IMG/VR virus record: IMGVR_UViG_2974594041_000001
Location: 4,449-68,448 of that record
DNA from: a virus
Direction: 5' to 3' (one strand)
DNA length: 64,000 nt
Of this stretch, positions 29,645-38,102 are shown one piece after another; positions within the stretch are counted from its first letter, which is position 1, and every line of letters starts with the position of its first letter. A program made the position numbers and the translations under genes. Below the pieces are notes generated by a model. The model was not told the origin of the DNA and did no database searches. It saw only the letters and a program-made list of their open reading frames with translations.

Positions 29645-30382
29645 ATGGACATCAATACTGTATTAATGATCCTCGGCGCTGCTGTATTCATCCTTCCTTG
29701 TGTGTATCTGCTGGGCTATGCCCGTCGTGAGAAGCAACAAGAAGGCTGGGCTGCGGATTCTCGCGCAGGCTTCAATAAAGAACGTGGTGCGCTGCAAGCG
29801 TACCATGCTGCCGAAATGCAGAAGGAACGTAACGTCGTACGTGAGTTGGAGATCAGCTTGCTGAAAGCAGGTGAGGCTATTGAATGCAGTGAACGTGATG
29901 TCGCGAAAATGACCAAACGTTGGGAATACGCCGATAACTATCGCGCAGCCATCGTTGAAGTCGTACATGGCCTTGGCCTGTGGAACTTCAAGGTACACGC
30001 TGACGATCCTCGTCTGATGTTGCAGGTGTTGGTCGATCATGCTTCGAAAGAAGCTGTTGATCCGGCGACAAGCAAGAAAGCCAAAAGCCTGATCACTCGT
30101 GGTGTCCGTAAGGGCGCCAAGCAGGGCCGTGAGCAAATGCGCAAGCTGATGCAGAAGTCCATCGACAATCAGGCAACGACCATCGAAATGCTGAGAGCTG
30201 ACCTTAAGTCAGCAGAAGAAGACGTGGCCTACGCTGTAAAGCGTAAGGACATCAGCGTCCAAGCTGTTCGTAACGTCCTTGCGGATAAAGTTGCACTGCC
30301 TGGCGTGCGCCGCTCGCTCAGTCAAGCAATCATCGTAGAAACCGGTCGTCTGCGTCAAATCGCAGCAACTAAAGGGGAATAA
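29645..30382 (+). CDS. Membrane-anchored coiled-coil protein
   Basis: N-terminal TM helix and long heptad region; GGAG RBS. Confidence 0.75.
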   Translation: MDINTVLMILGAAVFILPCVYLLGYARREKQQEGWAADSRAGFNKERGALQAYHAAEMQKERNVVRELEISLLKAGEAIECSERDVAKMTKRWEYADNYRAAIVEVVHGLGLWNFKVHADDPRLMLQVLVDHASKEAVDPATSKKAKSLITRGVRKGAKQGREQMRKLMQKSIDNQATTIEMLRADLKSAEEDVAYAVKRKDISVQAVRNVLADKVALPGVRRSLSQAIIVETGRLRQIAATKGE

Positions 30383-30385
30383 ACC

Positions 30386-30721
30386 ATGCAAACCTTCATC
30401 AACGTAATGACTGTGCTCATTCTGTTGGCGTTCCTAGCATTGATGCTGCGTGAACTGGCTCGTAGCCAGAAATCGGCAGAACTGCCCAAGGATCACTTCA
30501 AGTACGTGATGCATATCCAGTATGTTGCGGTGAAAGGTGAAGAGCCCGTCATTCGCCGACATTCTGCGAACAGCCTGCAATATATGCAGGAAACGCTGAA
30601 CAACGTGGTGTTTCATGCCATCGACAATGCAGTTGTGTTCTGTGCGGGGCGTGTAACGCACCGTATGGATAAAACCAGTGGTGTACTGTGCGAGGTTCCG
30701 TCCGATGCTAACCGTATTTGA
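30386..30721 (+). CDS. Hypothetical protein with N-terminal TM helix
   Basis: 111 aa; GGGG RBS. Confidence 0.7.
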   Translation: MQTFINVMTVLILLAFLALMLRELARSQKSAELPKDHFKYVMHIQYVAVKGEEPVIRRHSANSLQYMQETLNNVVFHAIDNAVVFCAGRVTHRMDKTSGVLCEVPSDANRI

Positions 30722-30737
30722 CGAGGTAGAAGATCCC

Positions 30738-31049
30738 ATGGCCTTGAACAACCACGTTGTATCCCGTGCGCACATCAAAGCAGAGGTGATCTGCGCTGTG
30801 CTCCAGAATGGCGATGCTGTCCACTTTGAGTCCCGTCAGGGTTTCAACGGTGGCGAGTATGCCAAGCAGGCCTTTCAGAAGTTCGGGAAGTGTCGTGTCA
30901 TCTTCTATCAGCCCAATGATCACCACATGTGGCGTGAAGTGCGCTGGAAGAACGCAAACGTAGGTACTCTGTATCGTCGTCCGTCTTTCAAGACGCTCAG
31001 CGATGCTGATGTGCCTGATCATCTACAAGTTGCAGCGATGCTGTTGTGA
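30738..31049 (+). CDS. Small early protein, C-terminal motif family
   Basis: Ends VPDHLQVAAMLL. Confidence 0.75.
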   Translation: MALNNHVVSRAHIKAEVICAVLQNGDAVHFESRQGFNGGEYAKQAFQKFGKCRVIFYQPNDHHMWREVRWKNANVGTLYRRPSFKTLSDADVPDHLQVAAMLL

Positions 31050-31387
31050 TCGTAACCCGTCCTGACGGTACCATAGAAGTGTACGACGATTCGGGTAAAG
31101 TCAGGTTGCGGCTGGGAGATTTAAGCAAGGGGACTATAATGGCTGAAATGTATCACATGACGAAGGATGGGCAGTACGTTACTGGTGAAATAGCTACCCA
31201 CGATATGAGTCAAGTGACTCAATGGGCACAACTGCGTGAAACTTACGCAGGAATGCAGTCTTGGTGTAAAACCGGCAACAATAGCTGGCATACAGTGGCA
31301 GCTTGCGACATTGGACGGGGTCGTTGGGAAAGCGTATTTGAAAATATCGTCCCTGAATCCGTTCGTATGGCAGAAATGCTCCGATGA
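31046..31387 (+). CDS. Small early protein, C-terminal motif family (alternative ATG at 31139)
   Basis: Ends VPESVRMAEMLR; two plausible starts. Confidence 0.7.
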   Translation: MIVTRPDGTIEVYDDSGKVRLRLGDLSKGTIMAEMYHMTKDGQYVTGEIATHDMSQVTQWAQLRETYAGMQSWCKTGNNSWHTVAACDIGRGRWESVFENIVPESVRMAEMLR

Positions 31388-31445
31388 CTGCATTCCTGCA
31401 AACCCACCAGAAGTGTTGCTTATGGCTAAGTTACTGGAGATTTGA
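31383..31445 (+). pseudogene. Orphan 3' fragment of a C-terminal motif family gene
   Basis: Encodes DDCIPANPPEVLLMAKLLEI* with no in-frame start of its own. Confidence 0.6.
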
Positions 31446-31446
31446 C

Positions 31447-31884
31447 ATGAAAGAGGTAAATCGCGGAGATATGATGGATGTCTTCGACAAAGTCGATCAT
31501 TTCATCATTACTGTTGGCAGTAAGCTGAGATCAGAGAACAATGAGTTAATCATGTTAAATGGTCTCTCCGGGGCGTTGGGTCTTAAATACCCTACCCTAA
31601 AGGTGAAGATGGGAGCGTGGATCGCGGGGGAGTGTGGTAGTGAAGGTGAGTTCTACCTTCGTGTCTCGGGGAAGGTTGGCATGCTACAGCATAGCCAGGC
31701 GCCTCGACAAGGGGTCAGCATTTCAATTCTGTCCACTGGCCTCCGTTTACTGGCAGAGCTGGCAGAGGACAACCCCGGGAAGTCCTACGCCCTGGAATGG
31801 CCAGGCACAAACCAAATCGAGAAGCTGGTAAACCAGATGATTGAGCGGTTGCCAGCCAACGTCCAAGTGTGGCGGCCAGCGTGA
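31447..31884 (+). CDS. Degenerate macrodomain (ADP-ribose-binding fold) protein
   Basis: 'GDM...FIIT.GS...NNELIM.NG...AL..KYP.L...MG.WI', 'L..LA....GKSYAL.WPG'; resembles phage Macro/Poa1p-like proteins. Confidence 0.5.
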   Translation: MKEVNRGDMMDVFDKVDHFIITVGSKLRSENNELIMLNGLSGALGLKYPTLKVKMGAWIAGECGSEGEFYLRVSGKVGMLQHSQAPRQGVSISILSTGLRLLAELAEDNPGKSYALEWPGTNQIEKLVNQMIERLPANVQVWRPA

Positions 31885-32126
31885 GCGTCATGATCATGTC
31901 TGCTCGCTACGACACGGCTGCGAACGTCTTGATGGACGTGTCTACCTCTTGGGTAGGCCGTCCGCTGACCGACAGGGAGAAGGTCTATGCCCTGTTCGAC
32001 CGTGCGGGAACCCCGTTAGAGGGTAAAGAACCGTGGTACGTCTACGGAATTTCCCATGACGCTATCCACATAAAATATGAGGACTTACCGGAGGTAGTGC
32101 GCATGGCGTATCTATTAATGCAATGA
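31881..32126 (+). CDS. Small early protein, C-terminal motif family
   Basis: GTGA coupling; ends LPEVVRMAYLLMQ. Confidence 0.75.
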   Translation: MSVMIMSARYDTAANVLMDVSTSWVGRPLTDREKVYALFDRAGTPLEGKEPWYVYGISHDAIHIKYEDLPEVVRMAYLLMQ

Positions 32127-32338
32127 GCACTAAACGTGTTGGCTGGTGCCGACTTACCGAAGAACTGGTGCTGGATGTTCAGATTCTGAATATTCCGTAC
32201 CTCCGTGACGATATGGACGTTTACGTCTGTGACGAGAACCGTTGGTTGTGTTGGGCGCCTGAACATCAGGCGTATAACGTAATTGACCCAACTCTCGTTC
32301 CTGACGTGATCAAAATGGCAATGGTGATGCTTGAATGA
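32123..32338 (+). CDS. Small early protein, C-terminal motif family
   Basis: Ends VPDVIKMAMVMLE. Confidence 0.8.
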   Translation: MSTKRVGWCRLTEELVLDVQILNIPYLRDDMDVYVCDENRWLCWAPEHQAYNVIDPTLVPDVIKMAMVMLE

Positions 32339-32625
32339 GAACTTTCACGGCAGCAGCCCCATTTGGGGAAATGACCATGGGGATTTTATATCTCGTGGTC
32401 AATGAGGTTCCGGAGGTGTGTCACAACACCTACTTTAAAACCAATCTGAGCATTGCGAAGGAGGCGTACCAAAATGACCCGTTTGCGATTGTATATCTAT
32501 TCACTGAGCAAGGACGTTGGTTCAAAGGTGAATATTGCTACTCAAACCAGCGGCATCACTTCACTCCTGTGGGTATGGCAGCAGTACCTGACTTAATCCT
32601 GACGATGAGGTTGATGCAACCATGA
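32335..32625 (+). CDS. Small early protein, C-terminal motif family
   Basis: Ends VPDLILTMRLMQP. Confidence 0.75.
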   Translation: MRTFTAAAPFGEMTMGILYLVVNEVPEVCHNTYFKTNLSIAKEAYQNDPFAIVYLFTEQGRWFKGEYCYSNQRHHFTPVGMAAVPDLILTMRLMQP

Positions 32626-32933
32626 AAACCCTTTGGGTGATCCTAAACGACGACAAGTCTGCTGTTGTTGAGGTGTTTGAAACCGAAGACGTTGATTCGC
32701 ATAGACATTGGGGCAAGTTCTTCCAGCATCGTGCAGGAAACGTGTTCTGTCGTCGTGTCCATAAACTTACCCCACAATCTACCAAGCCCTCAGATATTGA
32801 GACTGCCTGGTACGCAAACTACTTCTACTGGACGAATACGTCCTCTTGGGGGTACGGAGAGCCTAGTGGTATGGCCTGGTCTGCATGTATGGCTTTGCCT
32901 GAGCCGCTAAAAATGCTGGAGTTCCTGGAATGA
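32622..32933 (+). CDS. Small early protein, C-terminal motif family
   Basis: Ends LPEPLKMLEFLE. Confidence 0.75.
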   Translation: MKTLWVILNDDKSAVVEVFETEDVDSHRHWGKFFQHRAGNVFCRRVHKLTPQSTKPSDIETAWYANYFYWTNTSSWGYGEPSGMAWSACMALPEPLKMLEFLE

Positions 32934-33202
32934 GTAAAGAACTATCGATAGGTCTGCTTGATGGCGAAATTACGGATGTATTCACAACCTGGATGACCCC
33001 AACTGAGCTGGATAGACACTTTAGCCTCGGTGAAGTGTATACGCTGGCTAAAGAACCTCAGGGCATGCAATGGCGTGTGTTGCAACGCGCCACTAAGACA
33101 GGTGCAAGCTCCGGGCTTATAGGTACATGGGCAGCATTGTTGCCTATAAATGCTGAGCAAGTACCTGAAATTGTACGAATGGCTGCGCTTATGCGCGACT
33201 GA
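32930..33202 (+). CDS. Small early protein, C-terminal motif family
   Basis: Ends VPEIVRMAALMRD. Confidence 0.8.
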   Translation: MSKELSIGLLDGEITDVFTTWMTPTELDRHFSLGEVYTLAKEPQGMQWRVLQRATKTGASSGLIGTWAALLPINAEQVPEIVRMAALMRD

Positions 33203-33210
33203 GGTGACAA

Positions 33211-33441
33211 ATGGCAGTATCAGGCAAAACCCACTTACTTTACCTATTCAGAGGCAGGTTAGAAATTGAGGATGTCTCTTGGTATGAGGCTTCCCTCCGC
33301 ATGCGGGCAATTCAAGGATGTACACGGGCAGATGTTTACCGTTTAGATCCTGACGGTACCTTGTGTGAGTATTACGGGAATTATTGGCGAATTGCCAAAA
33401 ATGTACCAGACGAAATCAAACTAGCAGCAATGCTGCTGTAG
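33211..33441 (+). CDS. Small early protein, C-terminal motif family
   Basis: Ends VPDEIKLAAMLL. Confidence 0.8.
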   Translation: MAVSGKTHLLYLFRGRLEIEDVSWYEASLRMRAIQGCTRADVYRLDPDGTLCEYYGNYWRIAKNVPDEIKLAAMLL

Positions 33442-33449
33442 GGGACTAT

Positions 33450-33686
33450 ATCCGAATCTTTATCCTGAAGTTTGATGGTAGCGTTGAGGTAACTGACGCA
33501 ACTAACAACTTTGCATATTACATGCATAAAAACTACCCTAAAGGTCAAGTATTTGCTGAACAGGAGGTGAAAACGCGCATGTACTGGCGTGTACTGCACA
33601 GAGATCACAAGGGTAATGGGCCTGCTTGGATTTATGCTGAAAAAGTACCAAAAGAAGTGCTATTTGCACGAATGCTTATAGATTAG
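33450..33686 (+). CDS. C-terminal motif family protein with no canonical start (ATC at 33450?)
   Basis: Ends VPKEVLFARMLID; GGGGA RBS precedes ATC-CGA-ATC. Confidence 0.55.
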   Translation: MRIFILKFDGSVEVTDATNNFAYYMHKNYPKGQVFAEQEVKTRMYWRVLHRDHKGNGPAWIYAEKVPKEVLFARMLID

Positions 33687-33696
33687 GGGATTATCC

Positions 33697-33915
33697 ATGG
33701 TACTGCTGGTTATTGTGACCAAAAAAGAAGAACTGTTTCATGTTTACGTAAATCCTGAATCTTCGTGGAATACTGCAAAAGGGGCAGAGCAAGTAGGACT
33801 TAAAGCTTACGTGTACGAGAGCGGTTCCGGGCTTTTTACCGAAGTTGGTGAGTACGGCTGGAGACACTGCCGGAATCCCCCTGAAATTGTAAAAATGACT
33901 CAAATGTTGTACTAA
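33697..33915 (+). CDS. Small early protein, C-terminal motif family
   Basis: Ends PPEIVKMTQMLY. Confidence 0.8.
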   Translation: MVLLVIVTKKEELFHVYVNPESSWNTAKGAEQVGLKAYVYESGSGLFTEVGEYGWRHCRNPPEIVKMTQMLY

Positions 33916-33928
33916 CAGGAGAATATCC

Positions 33929-34858
33929 ATGAAACCGACTCACATGCTTACTGACGACATGCAAAAGGCGAACGAATATCGCTTTGCCAAACAGCATATC
34001 GACAAGTACATGCGTGACTACGTGCTGTCTGACGTGGAAGTGCTACCTCTGTTGGACAAAGGCGTGGAGTTGCTCACCGCCTGGGTCGATACCGAGTTCA
34101 GCTACGAATCGAAGAACAACCGTGTCAGCGCCCTACGCGGCATGGACCTGCGTCAGCTGGTTGTCGACCTGGTTGTGGCCTCGGCCTACTGCCAGACCGA
34201 AGAACTGTTCACCAGCTTCACGGCGCGCATGGCCGGCGTCCTCGGCTGGGACGACAAGAAGGCCAGCATCACCACCATCGCGGAAATCACCGCAGTGCTG
34301 TGCGACACCGACCTCTATGACCTGACCCAGGCCAACCGGTTCGGCAGCTGGAACATCATCAGCAACATCACCCTTTCCCTGCAATTGCAGGAGTACATCG
34401 CCAATTGTGCCTACCTGCCTCCGCTGGTGCACAAGCCGAAGAAGCTGCGCCACAACAAGGACACGCCGTATCTGACCATCGGCCAAGACTCGGTGATTCT
34501 GAATAAGGGCCATCACAATGACGACGTGTGCCTTGATGTGCTGGATTCGAAGAACTCTGTGGCCCTGTGCCTGGATCTGGAATTTCTGAGTTCTCACGAG
34601 GAAGTTCCGACCAAGGAGTTCGACACACCAGAGCAGCAAACCATGTGGTTGAACATGAAGCGCCAGTCGCACGAGTTCTACCTACTCATGGCCGGCCAAG
34701 GCAACAAGTTCTACCTGCACCACAAATACGATAAGCGTGGGCGTATCTACGCCAACGGTTATCACATCTCGACTCAAGGGGCCCCTTACAAGAAGGCGAT
34801 GCTGGAATTCGCCAACAAAGAAGTCGTTTCTGACATTCCACAGGAGTTTGCTCTATGA
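33929..34858 (+). CDS. RNA polymerase II subunit 1 (N4 gp15-like)
   Basis: 309 aa; 'HKYDKRGRIYA.GYHI..QG' (T/DxxGR motif). Confidence 0.92.
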   Translation: MKPTHMLTDDMQKANEYRFAKQHIDKYMRDYVLSDVEVLPLLDKGVELLTAWVDTEFSYESKNNRVSALRGMDLRQLVVDLVVASAYCQTEELFTSFTARMAGVLGWDDKKASITTIAEITAVLCDTDLYDLTQANRFGSWNIISNITLSLQLQEYIANCAYLPPLVHKPKKLRHNKDTPYLTIGQDSVILNKGHHNDDVCLDVLDSKNSVALCLDLEFLSSHEEVPTKEFDTPEQQTMWLNMKRQSHEFYLLMAGQGNKFYLHHKYDKRGRIYANGYHISTQGAPYKKAMLEFANKEVVSDIPQEFAL

Positions 34859-35148
34859 ACAAGTTGACTTATGCAGAAAAACCTCGGTTGCAGTTGCTCA
34901 AGCGCGACAACATGTACTTGGTTCAGTACGTCGACTGCAGTGGCCACGTTTGGCGAGGTGTGGGGCCTACTTGGATGAGTGCCTATTATGCGCTGGAGGC
35001 GCTGACGAAACGGCGCCAAGTTGCAAAACACAGGCAGGAAATCCAACAAGACAAATTCCGACCCGATACAGGCCTTGGGCCTTCCGATCTCATTGAACCT
35101 GTGCCGACTGAAAAGTGGCGCTGGATGCGTAAATTATTCCGAATGTAG
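34855..35148 (+). CDS. Hypothetical protein
   Basis: 97 aa; ATGA coupling. Confidence 0.7.
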   Translation: MNKLTYAEKPRLQLLKRDNMYLVQYVDCSGHVWRGVGPTWMSAYYALEALTKRRQVAKHRQEIQQDKFRPDTGLGPSDLIEPVPTEKWRWMRKLFRM

Positions 35149-35158
35149 GGAAATACCT

Positions 35159-35335
35159 ATGATCCGTAACATCCTGACAAAAACGTTCACTGTACTGAAA
35201 ATCCTTGTGTGTGCTCTAGTAGCCGGTCTCCGTGCACTGCCTAAAGCGTGCGAAGACCTCCGTAAGGCCGCAGAGAACATCGAAACCCGCAGCAAGTTGC
35301 TGCATCTCAAACACAAGGACGATTACCGTGACTAA
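35159..35335 (+). CDS. 58-aa hypothetical protein
   Basis: AGGG RBS; hydrophobic N-half. Confidence 0.55.
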   Translation: MIRNILTKTFTVLKILVCALVAGLRALPKACEDLRKAAENIETRSKLLHLKHKDDYRD

Positions 35336-35474
35336 AGCAACTGTTAAAACCCCAACCCGCGTCGGTTCGATGCGTTTCTCTAAATGCGGCACTTTTCGAG
35401 GCTTTAAAGATGGCGAGATTGTTCATACGCCACCAACCGGTGATGTGTACCGTCCAGCAAGGAAAAACCAGTAA
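35328..35474 (+). CDS. 48-aa hypothetical protein
   Basis: GTG start overlapping the previous gene. Confidence 0.45.
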   Translation: MTKATVKTPTRVGSMRFSKCGTFRGFKDGEIVHTPPTGDVYRPARKNQ

Positions 35475-35700
35475 TCATGTATTTCTTGTGCGCCGTGATG
35501 TACTTACGGCGCATGGGATTAGATTAGATTCATATCTTCTTGATTGTGCTTACGTATGCGTAGCACATGACGGTCAAATATGGGCAGCAAGGAATTTGTG
35601 GGCCCGCCCAGATAGCCTTATTGTTCGCTTGCAGTGTGTATTGATGGAAGACCAGCCTTGCGTGCAGCAAATGCTGCTGGCCGACATGATCCTGAACTGA
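35410..35700 (+). CDS. Hypothetical protein, start uncertain
   Basis: Fills the gap before 35708; may be a distant relative of the motif family. Confidence 0.45.
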   Translation: MARLFIRHQPVMCTVQQGKTSNHVFLVRRDVLTAHGIRLDSYLLDCAYVCVAHDGQIWAARNLWARPDSLIVRLQCVLMEDQPCVQQMLLADMILN

Positions 35701-35707
35701 GGTGCCT

Positions 35708-35986
35708 ATGGGATGGCTTTTCTACAAAGGGGAGTTCATTAAAGAAGTTGTCTCCCCTGTAATGACCCAAGGTGATATAAACGGCAAAGTACCCGCAACA
35801 TGGCCTCAAGAATGGGGCCGTGATGCTATTGTCGTGACCGAACAAGACTCCGGCTATATGTTGCATTGGGTAGGTATCACTTACCACATTATAGGCGGTG
35901 AATTACAATTCATTAGCCTATATCCCACATTTGATCGCCATAAATGGCGTGATCTGATAAATCTCTGGTTTATGCTCAAACCCTGA
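35708..35986 (+). CDS. Hypothetical protein
   Basis: GAGG RBS; 92 aa. Confidence 0.65.
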   Translation: MGWLFYKGEFIKEVVSPVMTQGDINGKVPATWPQEWGRDAIVVTEQDSGYMLHWVGITYHIIGGELQFISLYPTFDRHKWRDLINLWFMLKP

Positions 35987-36007
35987 CCACAATTAAGGAC
36001 TATTCCT

Positions 36008-37261
36008 ATGAAAACTTACACCCCGTTCGAATTCCTGTGCATTGACATTGCAAACCAAGGTTATGACGACAAGAAGCTGTTCGAAGAACGAATCCAGTGG
36101 GTGAAGGAGAACTTCAACCGCCTGCTGTTCCTCGAAACTGGCAAGAAAGAGCGCCCGCTCTACGTCAAGGCTGTGACCGCCCTGTACCGCGCCTGCCGTG
36201 GTGAGGCCATCGGTCACATGGTTGGCCTGGACGCCACCTGCTCTGGCATGAGCATCATGTCCGTGGTCACCAAGTGCTACAAGGGCTGCCTAGCCACCAA
36301 CCTGATCGACCCGGACGTGCGCAACGATGCGTACACCATGGTCACCGACGAAGCTGGCAACATGCTGGACGGCGATCTGATCGTGACCCGGGGCGATGCC
36401 AAAGACGCCACCATGACCACGCTGTACGGCTCTCAGGCCAAACCGCGTGAGATCTTCGGCACTGATACCGAGGAGTTGGATGCGTTCTACGCTGGCCTCG
36501 TGGCTGTTGCACCGCGTGCGGTGGAGCTGCTGGGTGACCTGCGCATGGCATGGCAACCGTTCGCCCTGGAACACCGTTGGGTGTGCCCGGACAACTTCAA
36601 CGTCCGCATCAAGGTGATGCAGAAGGTTGAAGGCGAGCGCGTCGAGGTTGACGAGCTGGACGGCGCCTCGTTCACCTACGAGTATTACGTGAACGAAGGC
36701 ACCAAGTCCGACCTGAAACTGGTAGCGAACGTGACCCACAGCCTCGACGCATATCTGCTCCGCTCCATGGAGCGCCGCTGCAACTACAACCCGGACGACG
36801 TTCGCCTGTCCTACAACCTGTTGATGGATGAGCAGGTTGAGCGTCATATGGGTTACCGGATCGAGCAAGACCTGACTGAAGCATCCAACATTGCACAACA
36901 ACTGATTGCTGTGTGGGGAGGCTGCGAAATGCCAGAAGCTCGTCTGTTCACTCACCTGAGCCGCGCAGACGCGCAGTTCATGAGTGATAAGCACATCCAA
37001 CAGATGCTGGATTTGGCAACTCAGCTGCTTGAGCGTGAACCGTTCGAAATCGTGACCGTTCACGATGAGTTCAAGTGCCACGCCAACAACTGTAACTGGA
37101 TGCGCCTCACTTACGTGCAAATCATGGCCGATCTGGCCCGTGCGCGCGTACTGGAGGACATCTACGAGCAGATCACCGGCCTGACGCCGACTTACGAAGG
37201 CCAAATGGACGGAGACGAGCTTGCAGCTCTGATCATGGGTTCCAACTACGCACTAAGCTAA
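36008..37261 (+). CDS. RNA polymerase II subunit 2 (N4 gp16-like)
   Basis: Motif A DATCSG, motif B RGDAKDATMTTLYGS, motif C VHDEF. Confidence 0.95.
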   Translation: MKTYTPFEFLCIDIANQGYDDKKLFEERIQWVKENFNRLLFLETGKKERPLYVKAVTALYRACRGEAIGHMVGLDATCSGMSIMSVVTKCYKGCLATNLIDPDVRNDAYTMVTDEAGNMLDGDLIVTRGDAKDATMTTLYGSQAKPREIFGTDTEELDAFYAGLVAVAPRAVELLGDLRMAWQPFALEHRWVCPDNFNVRIKVMQKVEGERVEVDELDGASFTYEYYVNEGTKSDLKLVANVTHSLDAYLLRSMERRCNYNPDDVRLSYNLLMDEQVERHMGYRIEQDLTEASNIAQQLIAVWGGCEMPEARLFTHLSRADAQFMSDKHIQQMLDLATQLLEREPFEIVTVHDEFKCHANNCNWMRLTYVQIMADLARARVLEDIYEQITGLTPTYEGQMDGDELAALIMGSNYALS

Positions 37262-37269
37262 GAAGAGTG

Positions 37270-37330
37270 ACTGCGGTCCCCGCAGTTTGATGATCCTTCC
37301 CCTCACGGGGGAGGAGATTCTTTTTTTTCT
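37270..37330 (+). terminator. Double hairpin terminator after RNAPII
   Basis: ACTGCGG/CCGCAGT stem, then TCCTTCCCC/GGGGGAGGA stem, then a long T run. Confidence 0.75.
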
Positions 37331-37369
37331 TGAGAAGACGCCCTAGAAGAGGGCTGAGGTGAGTAAACC

Positions 37370-37861
37370 ATGCACATTCGTGTTAAATGGGAGATCGACG
37401 TTGAATTGCCCACGGAAAAAACCATTCGCAAAGCGGTAGAAGAGGTCGCACGCGATAACTTCCGTACGCGCATTGCTGTAGGTACCGAAGGTTCGGCCTG
37501 CGTGTTCGACGTTGTGTCGGTTGGCGATGATGGCACTGAGCATGAAGCCGGCCGTATTGACTTGCAAGACAGCTTGGGACTGGGACCAAATCAGTCATTG
37601 TCACAAGTGTGCGCTGATACCATCGAAGAATTGGTTACCGAAGACGAATTGATTCGTGCCTTCCTAGGTACCAACTTCGGCGGTACACCAAACCGTATCA
37701 TTGTGCGCCAAGCACTGTTGAAAGCTGCCGTTGGCTGGCATCAGGGCTATACCAGTACATGCATCTTGAAAGAGCTGGGCTTGTTGGAAGACGACTACGT
37801 CTTGACCTCCAAGGGCCGCATGTACCTCTGGCTGCTGCACAAAGAACCCAATCACGTATAA
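37370..37861 (+). CDS. Hypothetical protein
   Basis: 163 aa; GAGGTG RBS. Confidence 0.75.
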   Translation: MHIRVKWEIDVELPTEKTIRKAVEEVARDNFRTRIAVGTEGSACVFDVVSVGDDGTEHEAGRIDLQDSLGLGPNQSLSQVCADTIEELVTEDELIRAFLGTNFGGTPNRIIVRQALLKAAVGWHQGYTSTCILKELGLLEDDYVLTSKGRMYLWLLHKEPNHV

Positions 37862-37870
37862 GGAGCCCCC

Positions 37871-38095
37871 ATGGCCCTGCAAGACAGTCAAACCCTCGAC
37901 GAAACGCAAACCAATAAGGTAACTACCTGGGCTTGCACCACTCCTTCGTTCACTTTGGACTCGTTGTCCGGGCAGATTCACCGTCTGCGTGATTTTATAG
38001 GCGACGCTCATAGCGAAGCCCGGGATCTGATCCATCAGTGGAAACGCCAGGGTAAAATCAAATTTGTCCGTGGTTACTGGAAGTGGCAGTTCTAA
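37871..38095 (+). CDS. Hypothetical protein
   Basis: 74 aa; AGGAG RBS. Confidence 0.7.
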   Translation: MALQDSQTLDETQTNKVTTWACTTPSFTLDSLSGQIHRLRDFIGDAHSEARDLIHQWKRQGKIKFVRGYWKWQF

Positions 38096-38102
38096 CGTGG
38101 CA

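Noticed and set aside
35410-35700. Possible extra member of the C-terminal motif family
   Set aside because: Tail (QPCVQQMLLADMILN) fits only loosely and the start is unclear; not counted.
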